Shown here piece by piece: positions 1-12,350 of a DNA stretch of 63,984 bases (within the stretch, counting starts at the first letter, position 1; each line of letters starts with the position of its first letter). The notes beneath the pieces are model-generated. The model did no database searches. It saw only the letters and a list, made by a program, of their open reading frames with translations, and was not told where the DNA came from. Position numbers and translations under genes: made by a program. The stretch covers positions 63,175,176 through 63,239,159 of the forward strand of contig JARFYF010000084.1 of assembly GCA_030265395.1 (NCBI GenBank), read 5' to 3'. Origin of the DNA: Rhina ancylostomus (lineage: Eukaryota).

Positions 1-85
1 CCTGACCTGAAACATTGACCGCCTGCTTTTCTCCACGGATGCTGCCTGGCCTGCTGAGTTCCTCCAGCATCATCGTGATTTTCAT
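1..85 (+). mobile_element. Penelope-like element terminal repeat fragment (end of hammerhead motif plus tail)
   Basis: cctgacctgaaacattgacc...ctccacggatgctgcctggcctgctgagttcctccagcatc is the near reverse complement of 23425-23500. Confidence 0.75.
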
Positions 86-1124
86 TATATTCCCTGCTGT
101 TGGGAGGAAGGTTGTCAGAGACACAAGGAAGACATGGCTGCTCGTAGCCATTGATGTTCGCAGGCCCCACTCATGGATTCATGACATTAGAGCTTAATTA
201 TCAAATTGGGAAAGGTGAGCACTGTAGCACATTGATGTCTGGGCAATCTAATCCCTTTGATCTGCCCTCATGTTTAGTCAAGTAGAACTCTTTTTACTCC
301 TGATATTCCATATTCATTGAAGCATCTCAGCCCATAAACTTCACCGAATTCCCAATTGTCGGCCAGTTCTGATATTCATCCTCAGCTTTATTGAGTGCCT
401 TGCCTAAATCAAGAAGTTTCTTGCAGCTTCCTAGTAATAGAAATACATGTTATCCAACTACATTACTCACTTACGTGGACTTGTAATCAACAATGAGTAA
501 AATGTGATCTTGTGTATTATGATAACAAACATAACTTCCCAAGTTCTAATCTTTATGATTAATCCCACCTTGTGCTGCAAGATGATGATGCACTTTTAAC
601 CATTTAACCCTTCTTACCCTCTTGCAAATCTATCCACAGGGTTTAAAAGTACCCCCAGTATAATTCTTAAATATGCTGAAACATCCTTTATACTTTTCAG
701 TAATTCTGCTGTTTCTTTACCATATTAGGAGAATGTCAGTTCTCACACAATTGTTTTCTTTTAAATGTTTTTGTACCCAGTGATTTTTTTGTATCCATTG
801 TAATTTGAGAGGCACAGATCATAAGTGTAACTGCATTTGTTTCCAGAGACTTTTTATCATACTAGCAATTGCACAATGAGAAAACTAAAAAAAATTGAAC
901 ATTTCACAATAAGGATCCTTCGTCTTTCAAATGGATGCCATCATTTGCAACAAAAATTGACATTTCCACTTTACATGGATATATTCACTTCTAAATCTCT
1001 ATATATCTGTGCATAAAGCAAATTCTTATCATTGATGTTATGCAAAAAACATAGAGCAATTTATTTTAAATTGTTACTGTGTTATAATTTATTTAACAGC
1101 CATGTTCAAGATATGGTAAAGAAG

Positions 1125-1420
1125 AACTGACATTTATCAGACCTGATAGTATCCTCAGAATATTCTAAAGTGCTTTATCTGAAATCCCTGTTATTTTGCA
1201 GGCATGGACACCAGTCATTTTTACAACTGTCAAGAGATAGTTTGCTTTAAATTCAAGAATGACTGATGGCCAATCTACCAGGAGAATGCTCTTCTTTGAT
1301 TGATGCTGATATTTTTATTACTTTTATTTTATCTGTCTGAGCTATGGCCTTGAATTTTCAACTCTTTCTACAAGCAATAACTGTACAAAAGTTGTACTGA
1401 AGAGCCATCCGAGGTCATGT
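1125..1420 (-). mobile_element. highly degraded DeuSINE/SacSINE1-like SINE
   Basis: catttat...tcctcagaatattctaaagtgcttt matches the reverse complement of the DeuSINE-type 3' tail seen at 38800-38860. Confidence 0.45.
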
Positions 1421-1689
1421 GCTTGTCATTAAGGAGGGCTACCATATTACAGATGCCTCACCTGTAATATCTCCTCCAATATATTTACTCAAATTTTCAG
1501 CATGGATGAGACCTTTTACCTCTGTCAGTGGTTAGGGTTGTAATTAGAAACTCTTTTCACTTTTAGCAGTTTGTCAGCATCAGCACTTCCAAAGCAGACA
1601 GAGAATGGAAGAGAACAAAATTCCCTCTGCTTCTAATGACTTGTGATTTCTCCATTTCCCACATGATTCATGTTTTTGAGCTCTCCAAA

Positions 1690-2040
1690 CAAGATTGTCA
1701 AAGTGGTTGACAAGTTGAGAAGACTGTTTAACAAAACATATTGGATTTTTGGCATTGTTCAGAAAAAGAGAGTACAAGCAAGAGAGCCAAACCTTTAGAA
1801 ATCTGAATAGTCCTCGATTGGATATTGTGTTGTTTTTGGCTATCCTACTCAAAGAAATCTGTCAAAGCCTTGGAAGGGGCGCAAAAGATACTTACTAACA
1901 CATACAGTAGATGAATGACTTTGGTTACAAGGAGAACCTGGGGAGGTTAGTGTTCTTAAAGCAAAGAAGGTTAAGAAGAGTTTTGACAATATCAGAACTA
2001 AGCCAGCTGTTTCCAAGGGCAGGTTGTTGATGACATGAGA
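1690..2040 (+). mobile_element. degraded CR1 LINE fragment (ORF2 C-terminal region)
   Basis: ggatattgtgttgtttttggctatcctac...gccttggaaggggcgcaaaaga resembles the CR1 motif LEYCVQFWSP...ALEGVQRRFT. It contains many stops. Confidence 0.6.
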
Positions 2041-2064
2041 TGCAGATATTTTTGTTATTGTTCA

Positions 2065-2272
2065 GAATGTTTACTTTGTTGCTGAGGCCAGCATTTAGTA
2101 AGAATCTCTAATTTCTTGGAGAAGATGGTATGAACCATCTTCTTGAGCCACTGTGGTTTCTGTGGCCAAGAGCTGTTGAATAGGGTGTTCCATGATTTTG
2201 ACCCAATAATGATGAATGCTAATGGTGTGCTACTAGGAGAGAAGCTGCAAGTGGTGATAGTCCCTTACTCCT
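2065..2272 (-). mobile_element. 3' end of second CR1/L2-group LINE family (same family as 33680-34490 and 55860-56400)
   Basis: gaggccagcatttagta...ggagaagatggt...ccatgattttgaccca parallels 55890-56090. Confidence 0.55.
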
Positions 2273-3329
2273 NNNNNNNNNNNNNNNNNNNNNNNNNNNN
2301 NNNNNNNNNNNNNNNNNNNNNNNNNNNNNNNNNNNNNNNNNNNNNNNNNNNNNNNNNNNNNNNNNNNNNNNNNNNNNNNNNNNNNNNNNNNNNNNNNNNN
2401 NNNNNNNNNNNNNNNNNNNNNNNNNNNNNNNNNNNNNNNNNNNNNNNNNNNNNNNNNNNNNNNNNNNNNNNNNNNNNNNNNNNNNNNNNNNNNNNNNNNN
2501 NNNNNNNNNNNNNNNNNNNNNNNNNNNNNNNNNNNNNNNNNNNNNNNNNNNNNNNNNNNNNNNNNNNNNNNNNNNNNNNNNNNNNNNNNNNNNNNNNNNN
2601 NNNNNNNNNNNNNNNNNNNNNNNNNNNNNNNNNNNNNNNNNNNNNNNNNNNNNNNNNNNNNNNNNNNNNNNNNNNNNNNNNNNNNNNNNNNNNNNNNNNN
2701 NNNNNNNNNNNNNNNNNNNNNNNNNNNNNNNNNNNNNNNNNNNNNNNNNNNNNNNNNNNNNNNNNNNNNNNNNNNNNNNNNNNNNNNNNNNNNNNNNNNN
2801 NNNNNNNNNNNNNNNNNNNNNNNNNNNNNNNNNNNNNNNNNNNNNNNNNNNNNNNNNNNNNNNNNNNNNNNNNNNNNNNNNNNNNNNNNNNNNNNNNNNN
2901 NCTACTGTGCCTGCCCATATGTAAAGATGGCAGGCCAGAAACAGTGAGAAACCAAGGGTGTAGTGAAAATGAAGAGCAAAAAGAAGTTACTACTAATACT
3001 AAAAAAGGCACTGGGGAAGTTAGTGTAACTAGAACCAAACAATTCAGTCATCCATTTGTGCTATTGGCTCAGCTTGTTTGTGTTTTCTCTCATTTTTAAG
3101 TCTTTTTATTTAACCATTGGGAGTGGAGGACAGCACCAGCCTAACCTGCCGGGCATGAATTCCTGCTCTGCATTTTGCAACTCCTATATCCTTTTGTCAA
3201 TGTTCTTTTCTCGATGTTCTCACTCTCTTTTCACTTGTTAATCATTTAACCTTGTTTACAGTTTCTCCCCATGGTCACCTGGTTTTACCATATCAGAGAC
3301 ATTCCCCTTCCCTGCCCTCCCTGTAGCTT

Positions 3330-3470
3330 AAGAAGCTTCTCCTGTCTCCTTCCCAGTTCTGACAAAGGATCTTAGACTTGTTTCTCTTCCCACAGATCTG
3401 GTCTGATCTGCTGAGTATTTACAACATTTTCTGTTTTTATTTTACTTTTCCAGCATCTGCAGTTTTGTTT
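3330..3470 (+). mobile_element. older Penelope-like terminal repeat with degenerate hammerhead
   Basis: cccagttctgacaaaggatc...cccacagatctggtctgatctgctgagtatttacaacattttctgtttttatt...ccagcatctgcag. Confidence 0.6.
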
Positions 3471-3819
3471 TACTTTCCCTGGTTATTAGAATGGTGCCTG
3501 TGGTCAGAAAGGAAGTATATATACAGTATACAGTAAACCTTTAATACAGGAAAGGAAGGAATGAGGGGAAAAACTACCATAAGCATCAGTATATCTCTTC
3601 CTTTTCCTTACTTCACATTATATTTTTCTCTCATTGCCTGTAAGAGTCTCACCTTTGCTTTCACTCATCTCTTATTATATTAGTGTAGATGTTAAAATAT
3701 CTCTTGTTAGTTCACTCTCATTTTGATGTTATCAATTTTTGTTTTTTCTTTTAAATCCTGAGGCTTGCTTATTTTGACAAACTTGTGAGCCTCTTCCTTT
3801 AATCTAATATCACCAATGA

Positions 3820-5210
3820 ATCATTAGATGTTAATAGCAAAGAATGAAGCCATAAGGCTAGTTAGCCTGACATCAATAGTAGAGTAACCAATAACATTCA
3901 TAATGAAAAGTGTAATCAGTGGACATGGAGAAAATCACAACACAATTGCAAAGGGTCAGCATAGATGAATGAAGGTAATTCATGTGAGGGTGACTTAGGT
4001 ATGTGTGACATATTTGGATTTTCAAAATGCATTAGATAAGGTGGCACAAAATTAAACTTCATGAGTTTAGAGTTAACTTATTAGCAGAGACAGAGGATTA
4101 GTTAACATACTGAAAAAGAAGGACAGGGTGAAATGTTATTCTTGGGTTAGCAAGCTGGAATTAGTAGGGTACAGTGTTTAGCTATGACAATGTATAATAT
4201 GCAACAATGACTTGAATAATAGGCAAAAACAGAAATGTTGAAGAACACAGTCAAGCAGCATCAGTGGAAAGAGCAGCATCAGTGGAAAGAATGCTGTAAG
4301 AACTCAGTGTCTGTGAAAGCATTATCCGTTGAAGCAAAAGGTATAAGTAAACATTTCTGGTCGAGACCCCACCTCGGGACCACTTTGAAGAGGTTTTCCT
4401 CCAGCAATTTGGAGAAGATTTCCACCTTAAACCTTTTGCTTCCATAGATGCTGCTTGATTCACTCTTGATTCAATGTCTCTTTTGTCTTCAGTAGAATTG
4501 TAATGCCAAATGCAGTAGGCTAGGTTGGAAGAGGTGCAAGGGTAATGCTGCTTCACTTGTATTGATTGTTTGGGTGGCTGGATGTTGGGAAGGGAAAAGA
4601 TGAATGGACAGATGTTGCACCTCTTCTAGTTCCATGAGATCGACCTTGCTATATGTTTATTGACAATATGAGACTGGATGGAAAAGTAAGTTGTGAGGAG
4701 GATGCAAAAAACACAAAGATATAGATCAGTTAAGGGAGTCGGTAAAAATATGCCTTATCAAGTATAATGTGAAGAAATTATACTTGATAAGGCATCTTTT
4801 TACCAACTCCCTTAACTGTGAAGCAGAAAAGAACTGTATTTTTAAAAGGTGATGGACTGTCTTTAAAAGGAGTTGTGTGGATTTGTTGCTCTAATCACAG
4901 AAAATTAATAAATGGGAATAGCAAGTAATTAGGAGTTATATGAGCTTTTATTACAAAAGGCAGAAGAGTATAGATATACCTTACTTGAGAACCCTAACAG
5001 CATGTGTAATGAGAGGATATATTTACATCAAACTGATTTCTGGAATAGTGTGGAGGTTTGTCCGATGATAAGGCATTAAATAAACAATGGTAATCTATGC
5101 TAGAGTTTTGAAGAGTTTAGGTTTCATTGAAATATATAAAATTCTTAAAGGATTTAGATTGCAGGTTCTTCTCCTGGTTGTGGAGTCCAGAACTAGGGGA
5201 TCTCAGTAAG
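3820..5210 (+). mobile_element. degraded CR1 LINE ORF2, interrupted by Penelope fragments
   Basis: atttggattttcaaaatgcattagataaggtggcac resembles LDFQKAFDKVPH, and atgtttattgacaatatgagactgg resembles KFADDTKLG. Confidence 0.65.
4225..4640 (-). mobile_element. Penelope-like element fragments (terminal repeat plus Cys-rich linker preceding the GIY-YIG endonuclease)
   Basis: Minus strand 4640-4495 reads RRCNICPFIFSLPNIQPPKQSIQVKQHYPCTSSNLAYCIW, similar to the Penelope motif RRCxTCP...FQVKQxFTCTSSNLVYCIRC. 4225-4460 is the cagcatc/gatgctgc terminal repeat. Confidence 0.75.
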
Positions 5211-5715
5211 CTGGTGGGGGGGGGGGGGNNNNNNNNNNNNNNNNNNNNNNNNNNNNNNNNNNNNNNNNNNNNNNNNNNNNNNNNNNNNNNNNNNNNNNNN
5301 NNNNNNNNNNNNNNNNNNNNNNNNNNNNNNNNNNNNNNNNNNNNNNNNNNNNNNNNNNNNNNNNNNNNNNNNNNNNNNNNNNNNNNNNNNNNNNNNNNNN
5401 NNNNNNNNNNNNNNNNNNNNNNNNNNNNNNNNNNNNNNNNNNNNNNNNNNNNNNNNNNNNNNNNNNNNNNNNNNNNNNNNNNNNNNNNNNNNNNNNNNNN
5501 NNNNNNNNNNNNNNNNNNNNNNNNNNNNNNNNNNNNNNNNNNNNNNNNNNNNNNNNNNNNNNNNNNNNNNNNNNNNNNNNNNNNNNNNNNNNNNNNNNNN
5601 NNNNNNNNNNNNNNNNNNNNNNNNNNNNNNNNNNNNNNNNNNNNNNNNNNNNNNNNNNNNNNNNNNNNNNNNNNNNNNNNNNNNNNNNNNNNNNNNNNNN
5701 NNNNNNNNNNNNNNN

Positions 5716-5822
5716 GGGAGGAAAGGGTTAGATAGTATCAGGTGTGGTTTGATGGGTGGCACGACATGGTGGGCCGAAGGGCCTGTATTGTGCTGTATTG
5801 ATCTATAGTTCTATGGTTCTAT
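5716..5822 (+). mobile_element. CR1/HER1-type LINE 3' end (body probably in the gap)
   Basis: gggttagata...gggccgaagggcctgtattgtgctgta...ctatagttctatggttcta, same as 20300-20394. Confidence 0.85.
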
Positions 5823-6559
5823 TATCATAGAATTCTGGGAGGTTTATTTTCAAAGCCTCTCAACAAATCTATTGCACGTAATTGATTTGCAGACGAGAAG
5901 TAATATTTTAAACTAAAAACAATATCTTCCTACCCTATGGTAAAGCCCAACAGCCCCAATCATGCTGCAGTAAGTACATGAGGGAGCCGTCATGTGGTCG
6001 GAACTCCACTGATAAAGTTTCAACAAGTAGGTCCAAGGGAGTGAAACTGGAATTAAGACATAGAAACACTGGTGTTCACCAAAGGGACATTAGTGTTGTA
6101 TCAGCTCTCATCCTCCAAGACAAAATGGAGGTGGTGGTGATATCTTTGCCATCTTGAAAAGGCATTTTGAAAAAACATTAACTGATAATTAGTTGAAGAA
6201 AAGTTATAGAAGAGTTCACTTTGCAGAGAGCAAAAGGTTTGAGTTCCCAGTGAAGGTCTGTTACACATGGAGCTGATGTTATTTAAGTTTATTATAACTT
6301 AATTTAAGGAATGTGTTTNNNNNNNNNNNNNNNNNNNNNNNNNNNNNNNNNNNNNNNNNNNNNNNNNNNNAAGATTAGTGTGTTGTTTTAACAGCATTCA
6401 GGTTCTTTCAGTTTTGTCCAGATTTTTATTGTGGGACTACCTAGTTTATTCACATAACAACAAATGGATTGAACAGTAAAGCTAATTACTGAAACAAATA
6501 ATATTGTTTAAGGATGCAACAGCTAACAAGATGTGGCCATATGGCTTTAGAATCCAGCG

Positions 6560-7800
6560 CTAATGAGAGATAAAATTAGGTAGAGCTCGATTTGTATTTT
6601 TAAAAAATACTAGACAGGTGCAACCTTTGTTGATTGATGTCAGCTTTTGACTGTGTCTGAATTAGAGGCCTGATGCTGAAGCTCACAAGAAATTGGTGAT
6701 GTTAATGTTGAAGAATGTAGTGATCCATTTCCAAACACCATGCCTAATGTGGAGGGTGATTAGTAAATGTAGTTGTGTGCCTATCTAACTGAAAGCCAGC
6801 TCACAAAGATTTCTCAACAATGGACTGCCAAATGGCTCAGTATCCACATTAACATCTTTCATTGGCCACAGCAACATTCCATCAATGGAGTCACACAAAT
6901 TGCACCTGTTACACAAGTAGTCACTATACTGACATTGAGTTCAATCTAAACAAGGACTTAAGGGAGATGATGGAATATTACTGGAGTTAGATGGTCAAGC
7001 TAAATCCTCAGTAACTGTTTTTCATCTTGATAAAAATCTTGGATGTTATATTATGTAGCAACAATGTGAGACATGACCTCATCCCAATTTACTTCAGAGA
7101 GATTCTTGACTGAGCAATAACCTTCAAAGACTACCTGAAAAAGGAAACCAGCAAGACAAAGACATGAGTTAACTGATCCAGATACAAGCAACTTCTAGTT
7201 AGAGAGCATCCACATCAGTGTAGCAGACATCAGCAATGATCACTGCACACTCAGTAGCTGAGTACTGTGCACTAGTTGGCCCAGATGCAGCACAGTCATC
7301 TTGGTGATGTCCAACTCGATACTGTAATGCTATGCATCACTGGAACACTTAAATCTACATGGCTAACTGTGCTGAGAAATAGTTTTCCTCCATCCATATG
7401 TCAGGACATTAAGATCTTCTGCAGAGTCCCATAAAATGAATAGAAATACCTCCTCTTTCAACAGTTCGTTACAATGTCACCTGCCAGCATTTGAAGTCCT
7501 TGTGGATCAATGCATTCAATACTCAGCAAGAAAATTTTAATTCGAATGGAACTTGGAAAGCTTATCTTACAAAAGGTTGCAAGTAAACACCTTCTGAAAC
7601 ACCCACTGCAGAAGATTCCTGATGTTGTCCTCCCATATAGGTTCTGGTCATCTCTAAATTTCATCTGCACATGTGGCTGGTATGGTCAATTGATGTACAC
7701 AAAAGTAAATTAAGAACTTCTCCAATATATGACATGGCGGTGTCACAGCATTACATTTTGTCATCCCAGATGCAATTATCTGACTTCAAACTCAATGTGA
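6560..7800 (+). mobile_element. ancient Ingi/Vingi-like (I-group) non-LTR retrotransposon RT fossil
   Basis: Frameshifted colinear remnants: TGATFVD..SAFDCV*IRGLMLKLT, NGLPNGSV, TVFHL, HSVAEYCALV, HLGDVQLDTVMLCITGTLKST.WLTVL and HLLKHPLQKIPDVVLPYRFWSSLN. These match recalled Ingi/Vingi motifs such as VFVDLTAAYDTVWHRGL, NGLPQGSV, YSAAEYCAPVW, VDVQLNxxMRxITGTLRxTPxxWLPVL. Confidence 0.65.
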
Positions 7801-9344
7801 AAAATTACAGGTGATTTCTACTGTAACACCAGAAAGTCATACGAAGCAAGCTGTTACTATGATTATGGTGCAAGCAAGAAATGTTAAAAACAATTAACAA
7901 AATATGTTTCAGCTTAAAGATTAATAATTAAAGAAATTTTGAGTTAAGGCCAACTGATCGATTTGCACCTAGGGCATATATCTTATACTTAAGAGACCCT
8001 TATTGCCATTCAATTAAGGCTTCTCTCTTCTGAATATACTGGAGAACACTATGCCTTGCAATGGAAGGAGATTGAAAAATACATGAGATTTTATTTAACA
8101 ATGAATAATAAGGTGTGGGAAAAGAATGAGCCAATGCAAAAATCACCCCTCCCCTATTTCAGCAAAAGAAGAAGTCTCACAGGCAGGGAAACCATAATTA
8201 GGAACAATGAGGTGAATGTGTCTGGCTATTTCCTGAGAAACTCACCTTAGAATGTGACACTATGACCCTGTAAATAAAACAAAAGATTTGAATAAATTAT
8301 AGCTGTTTAAAATAAAATAAATTATTTCATGTAAAGTGATCCTAACTAGGCATAATTAACTGTTTTAATGATAAATGAATTCCATTCTATTGAACAACTA
8401 ATAATTATGGGCAATTTTTTGGATAGCTTGCAAATTGCTTAGTTACTAGATTTCTTTTATTGGTAAAATAACTGCAAAGTTGCTGTTATTTATATTCTAA
8501 TAACATCTAATGACCAAATAGGTTTAAAGATGGCTGCAACATGCTGTTTACAGAAATGTTTCATGAATTTAGTTTGATTGAATCATATGGAAACTGCTGT
8601 AACTTCATAGTGGATTCATCTAAAATAATCTTAGCAATTTTATGGAAATTTGTAAGCAAGCAGTGTGCTAAAAATAGTAAGTTATTTTAAAGAAGAACAT
8701 ATGGCCTTGAAAAACAAGAAGCTGTTTTATATGGTAATGAACGCACACAGAAATTCAAGACACTGTGCTTGGGGAAACTTATTTATTTGTATTTTAACAT
8801 GACAAATTGGAAATAGAAATTGCTTTTCCTCCTGTTTTTGAATCTAGTAGATTTCAATTTATTACAATGTAATGTTGTTTAAATGGTGCATATAAAATTG
8901 AACAGGGGCTGAAATTCTGCAAACCTTTTGCTGATTTCTTGCTGAAGTTACAGTGGGAAACCCAAGGAACCCACAAAGAACTTCAGGCCAGGCTTTTTTT
9001 GGTGGTGAGGAGCAAGACAAAATTATACATTTCTCAGTTCCATTTTTTATGATGTTGGAAATTTGAGACAAAATGTGGTCATGCAGTGGTATGTAGGGTT
9101 CAACTCTTATTGTGAGGCTGTGGTCAAAGATGGAATGTGTTTAGAAAAACTTGTTAGTCTCAATATATGCAATTTCAATGTAGAACTGACATCTGTTCCT
9201 TTTTCAGAAGAAAACTTACTTTGTGGGAGGTTTATACAGATCACACGGTAGATTTTTGAGATGGCATTATGAACATAGAATATCAGTCAGTCCAAGTGCT
9301 GATGATAGAATTATTTGCACAGGCAAGTCTGTCAGATTTGTTAT

Positions 9345-10140
9345 TAACATAAGAAATAGAAGTAGCAGTAATCATTTTGGTTCCTTGTTCTCTGTTATTC
9401 AACAGGATCACAACTGATCTTTTAGCTCAGAACCCATTTCTCCAATCCTCTAATATCAGAAAATTTGTCATTGACTGAGCCTCCACACCCTTCATGTATA
9501 GAGATTTCCAAAGTTTCAATACCCTCCAGATGAAAAGATTTCTTTTCATCACTGCCTGGCCCCTTATTTCGAGATTGTAACCTTTTATTTTCAAGATGCT
9601 TCAGCCGGGACAATCATCATTTCCACATCTATCTTGTCAAATGTAAGAATTTTATATGCATCTATGAAATCACCTCTCATTCTTCTTCAATGTAGTCCCA
9701 GTTTACTTAATCACTCCTCTTAATCAATCCCCCATCTCATGAATCAATCCTGTGAATTGTTGCATTCTCTATTTTGCAAGTATATCTTTCCTTAAATAGA
9801 GAGATCAGACCAATTTGAGTGAAACGTTTTTACTCATATGCCCAAATCATGTTGCAAATAAGGCCAACAGAGCATTTGCCTTCCCAGTTTCTTGCTGTAC
9901 TTACATGTACAAGAATACCTAACTTTCAATTTCTCATAATTTAAAAAAAACACTCTGCATTTGTATATATTCCTACCAAAGTTTTCCATATGATATTCTG
10001 CATGCCATGTGTTTGCTCATTCACTTTACCTGTCTTTACCTCCTCGAAGCCTCACTGCATCCTTCTCACAACACACACTGCCACCCAAAGAACTTGATTC
10101 ATTCGTTCAAATCATTAATATAGATTGTGAATAGCTGGGC
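9345..10140 (-). mobile_element. degraded CR1 LINE 3' portion
   Basis: Starts with the aacataagaaatagaagt tail; contains aaatcacctctcattcttc and tagattgtgaatagctgggc (reverse of PQLFTIY). Confidence 0.75.
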
Positions 10141-11944
10141 CATCTTTTGCTCCTGTCTTTACTCCTCAAGGGGCTTATTTTTGCACTCCTGATTCTTATG
10201 TTCTTGTTGAATAAGGTATTGTGCCCAATAGTGTAACGTAATTTTATCAATGTATTTTAAACTTCTCTTGCTAGTATGAACTCGCAATAAATAAGGATAC
10301 ACGATGCATAGCCTACCACATATACATATGCATTTATACTATAAATCTTGCATTACACTTTCTTCCTGTCTAATATTTGTAATACAGTTTCTTCCCCAGA
10401 TACTTAAGTGTGTGTATTTATCCCACAACAGCAACTTGCACATATATAGTATATTGAGATATGGTTTCTAATGGATGCAGTTCTACTGACCAGCAACATA
10501 AGTCAAGAACTTAACTTTTCCCTGGAAGGGTGCTTCAATTTGGCAGTGCATGGCAGGCCAAGTAAAGTTTTTATTTGTAGCAGGTCCCCTTCAAGTAATG
10601 GAAAAGTAGCCCGCGCATACATTGTTAAAATTTGTTTTCTGCGTGGATGCCCAATCAAAATCTTGAAACAGGGGTCCAGACACATGTGCATACCATTGGA
10701 GGGCATTGTGCAGGCTCAGATGCTTCTGTGCATTAGTCCATCAGGCACATCGAAGGAAAATTTTAAACATGGGAGTTCTCAGGGCAAGTCCCTGTTCATC
10801 ATTATTAATATATTTTATTTTGGTTGAAATTTTACTGCATAGCTCACAGAACATTGCGCTATGCAGGAAAAATTCTAGACCTAGATTTTTTCTCTTGTCT
10901 GCAGTGCGTGAGGTACAAAGCATTATGAATTAACTCCCAGGTTATATTTCTGTCCTTTGTAACTGTTTGGTACTCAAATTTTGCAATTGTTATGATGGCA
11001 AAAATGCTATTATGCTCTGTTATTAGATTGTGAAACTGATAGCAGATTTTGGACTTGGTACAGAAGTAATTAAATGCAGAAATCTAGAATTTACTCCTCC
11101 ATAGATGAGGTGTTGTAATCTATGATGTAGAAACCTTTTGAAATCATTGAAATGATGAGAATTTCAACTTTTTGCGCATTAGTTAAATGGTGTATAGCTA
11201 TGATATCAATGTCACAGATACAAATGAACACTTCTCTGGCCCTGAAAACATTTCCAACACTTGCAGCTTTTTTTTTCATTTTCCATCTCTTAAACTATGT
11301 GGCCTAATTTCATTGAGGTCACGCACTAACACCGTCATTTCACTGCTCATTGCAAAATACAGGTCAAAAGATATTCTGTGTCTATGTTCTATAATGGCTT
11401 GGTTGCTGGCAATTTTGATCTATGGCTATCATTACTCAGCATTGTCAATGAAGCCTGATAGAAAAATAAATTATAATGAAATAGAATGAAACAATTAGCA
11501 TCCATGTACTGTTGGCATGTATTCTAATGTCAGTGTTGGGTGACTATAGGGAGTATCCAAATATAAACCAGTCACAGCTGGAAAATTGTTCCTGATTGAC
11601 TCATAATGCTTTGAATGAAGGATTATCATTTAATTTTCTAGCCACTTTGGCTTAGCATTCCTGCTCTTTGGTTTGAAGAAGTAGATACAGGATCAGCAGT
11701 AAAATATCTGAAATTACGTTTGAGTTCTGTTTTTATGTGATTAGGTCTTTTCAATGTGAAATGTGAACAACATAAGTAGGGTGAGGTGATCTCCTACATG
11801 GTTCAAAGGAAAAAAAATATTTTTGATATTTCTGGTTCCCACTTCTCCCTTAACCTACACCATCAACAACTAAGGATGATCTGATCAGTCCAGTTTTAAA
11901 TTTTGAAAACAATTTTTTTCTAATAAAGTAGATTTAACTCTGAA

Positions 11945-12350
11945 GCAGCAAGTCAAGTGGCATCTGTGGAGAGTACAAGATAGAGTTAGTGTATCATGTC
12001 AATGACCTTTTGCCACAATGCTGAAAAGTTAAATGGAAACAAGAGGCTGCAGATGTTGGAAATCTGGAACAACAGACAAAGGAGCTGGAGGAACTCAGTG
12101 GGTCAGGCAGCATCAATGGAGGGAAATGGACATTTGATGTTTTGGTTCGAGGCCTTTAATTAACATGGGTCTCAACCCGAAATGTCAACTGTCCATTTCC
12201 CTCTGTAGATGCTGCCTGACCCACTGAGTTCCTCCAGATCCTTCGTGTGTTGCTGAAAAGTTAAACCTGTTTTTTCCTTTCCACAAATGCTGTCTGATCT
12301 GCTGGAGGTTCCCATTTTGGTTTTATTCGAGGATTCCAGCATCTGTAGTT
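11945..12350. mobile_element. older fold-back Penelope-end element interrupted by a younger one (12034-12250)
   Basis: The left part is ggcatctgtggagag...gagttag and the right part is ttccacaaatgctgtctgatctgctg...ccagcatctgtag. The insertion is flanked by a 15-bp direct repeat. Confidence 0.65.
12034..12250. mobile_element. palindromic (fold-back) Penelope-terminus element with 15-bp TSD tgctgaaaagttaaa
   Basis: Arms ~12073-12155 and ~12167-12252 are reverse complements (ctggaggaactcagtgggtcaggcagcatc / gatgctgcctgacccactgagttcctccag). Direct repeats lie at 12019-12033 and 12251-12265. Confidence 0.85.

Noticed and set aside
2143-3099. Long ORFs spanning N runs (also 5127-5735, 47630-48265 and others)
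   Set aside because: Their length comes from untranslatable N gaps.
10471-10827. 118-aa ORF in non-repeat sequence
   Set aside because: No recognisable domain or exon structure; length is compatible with chance.
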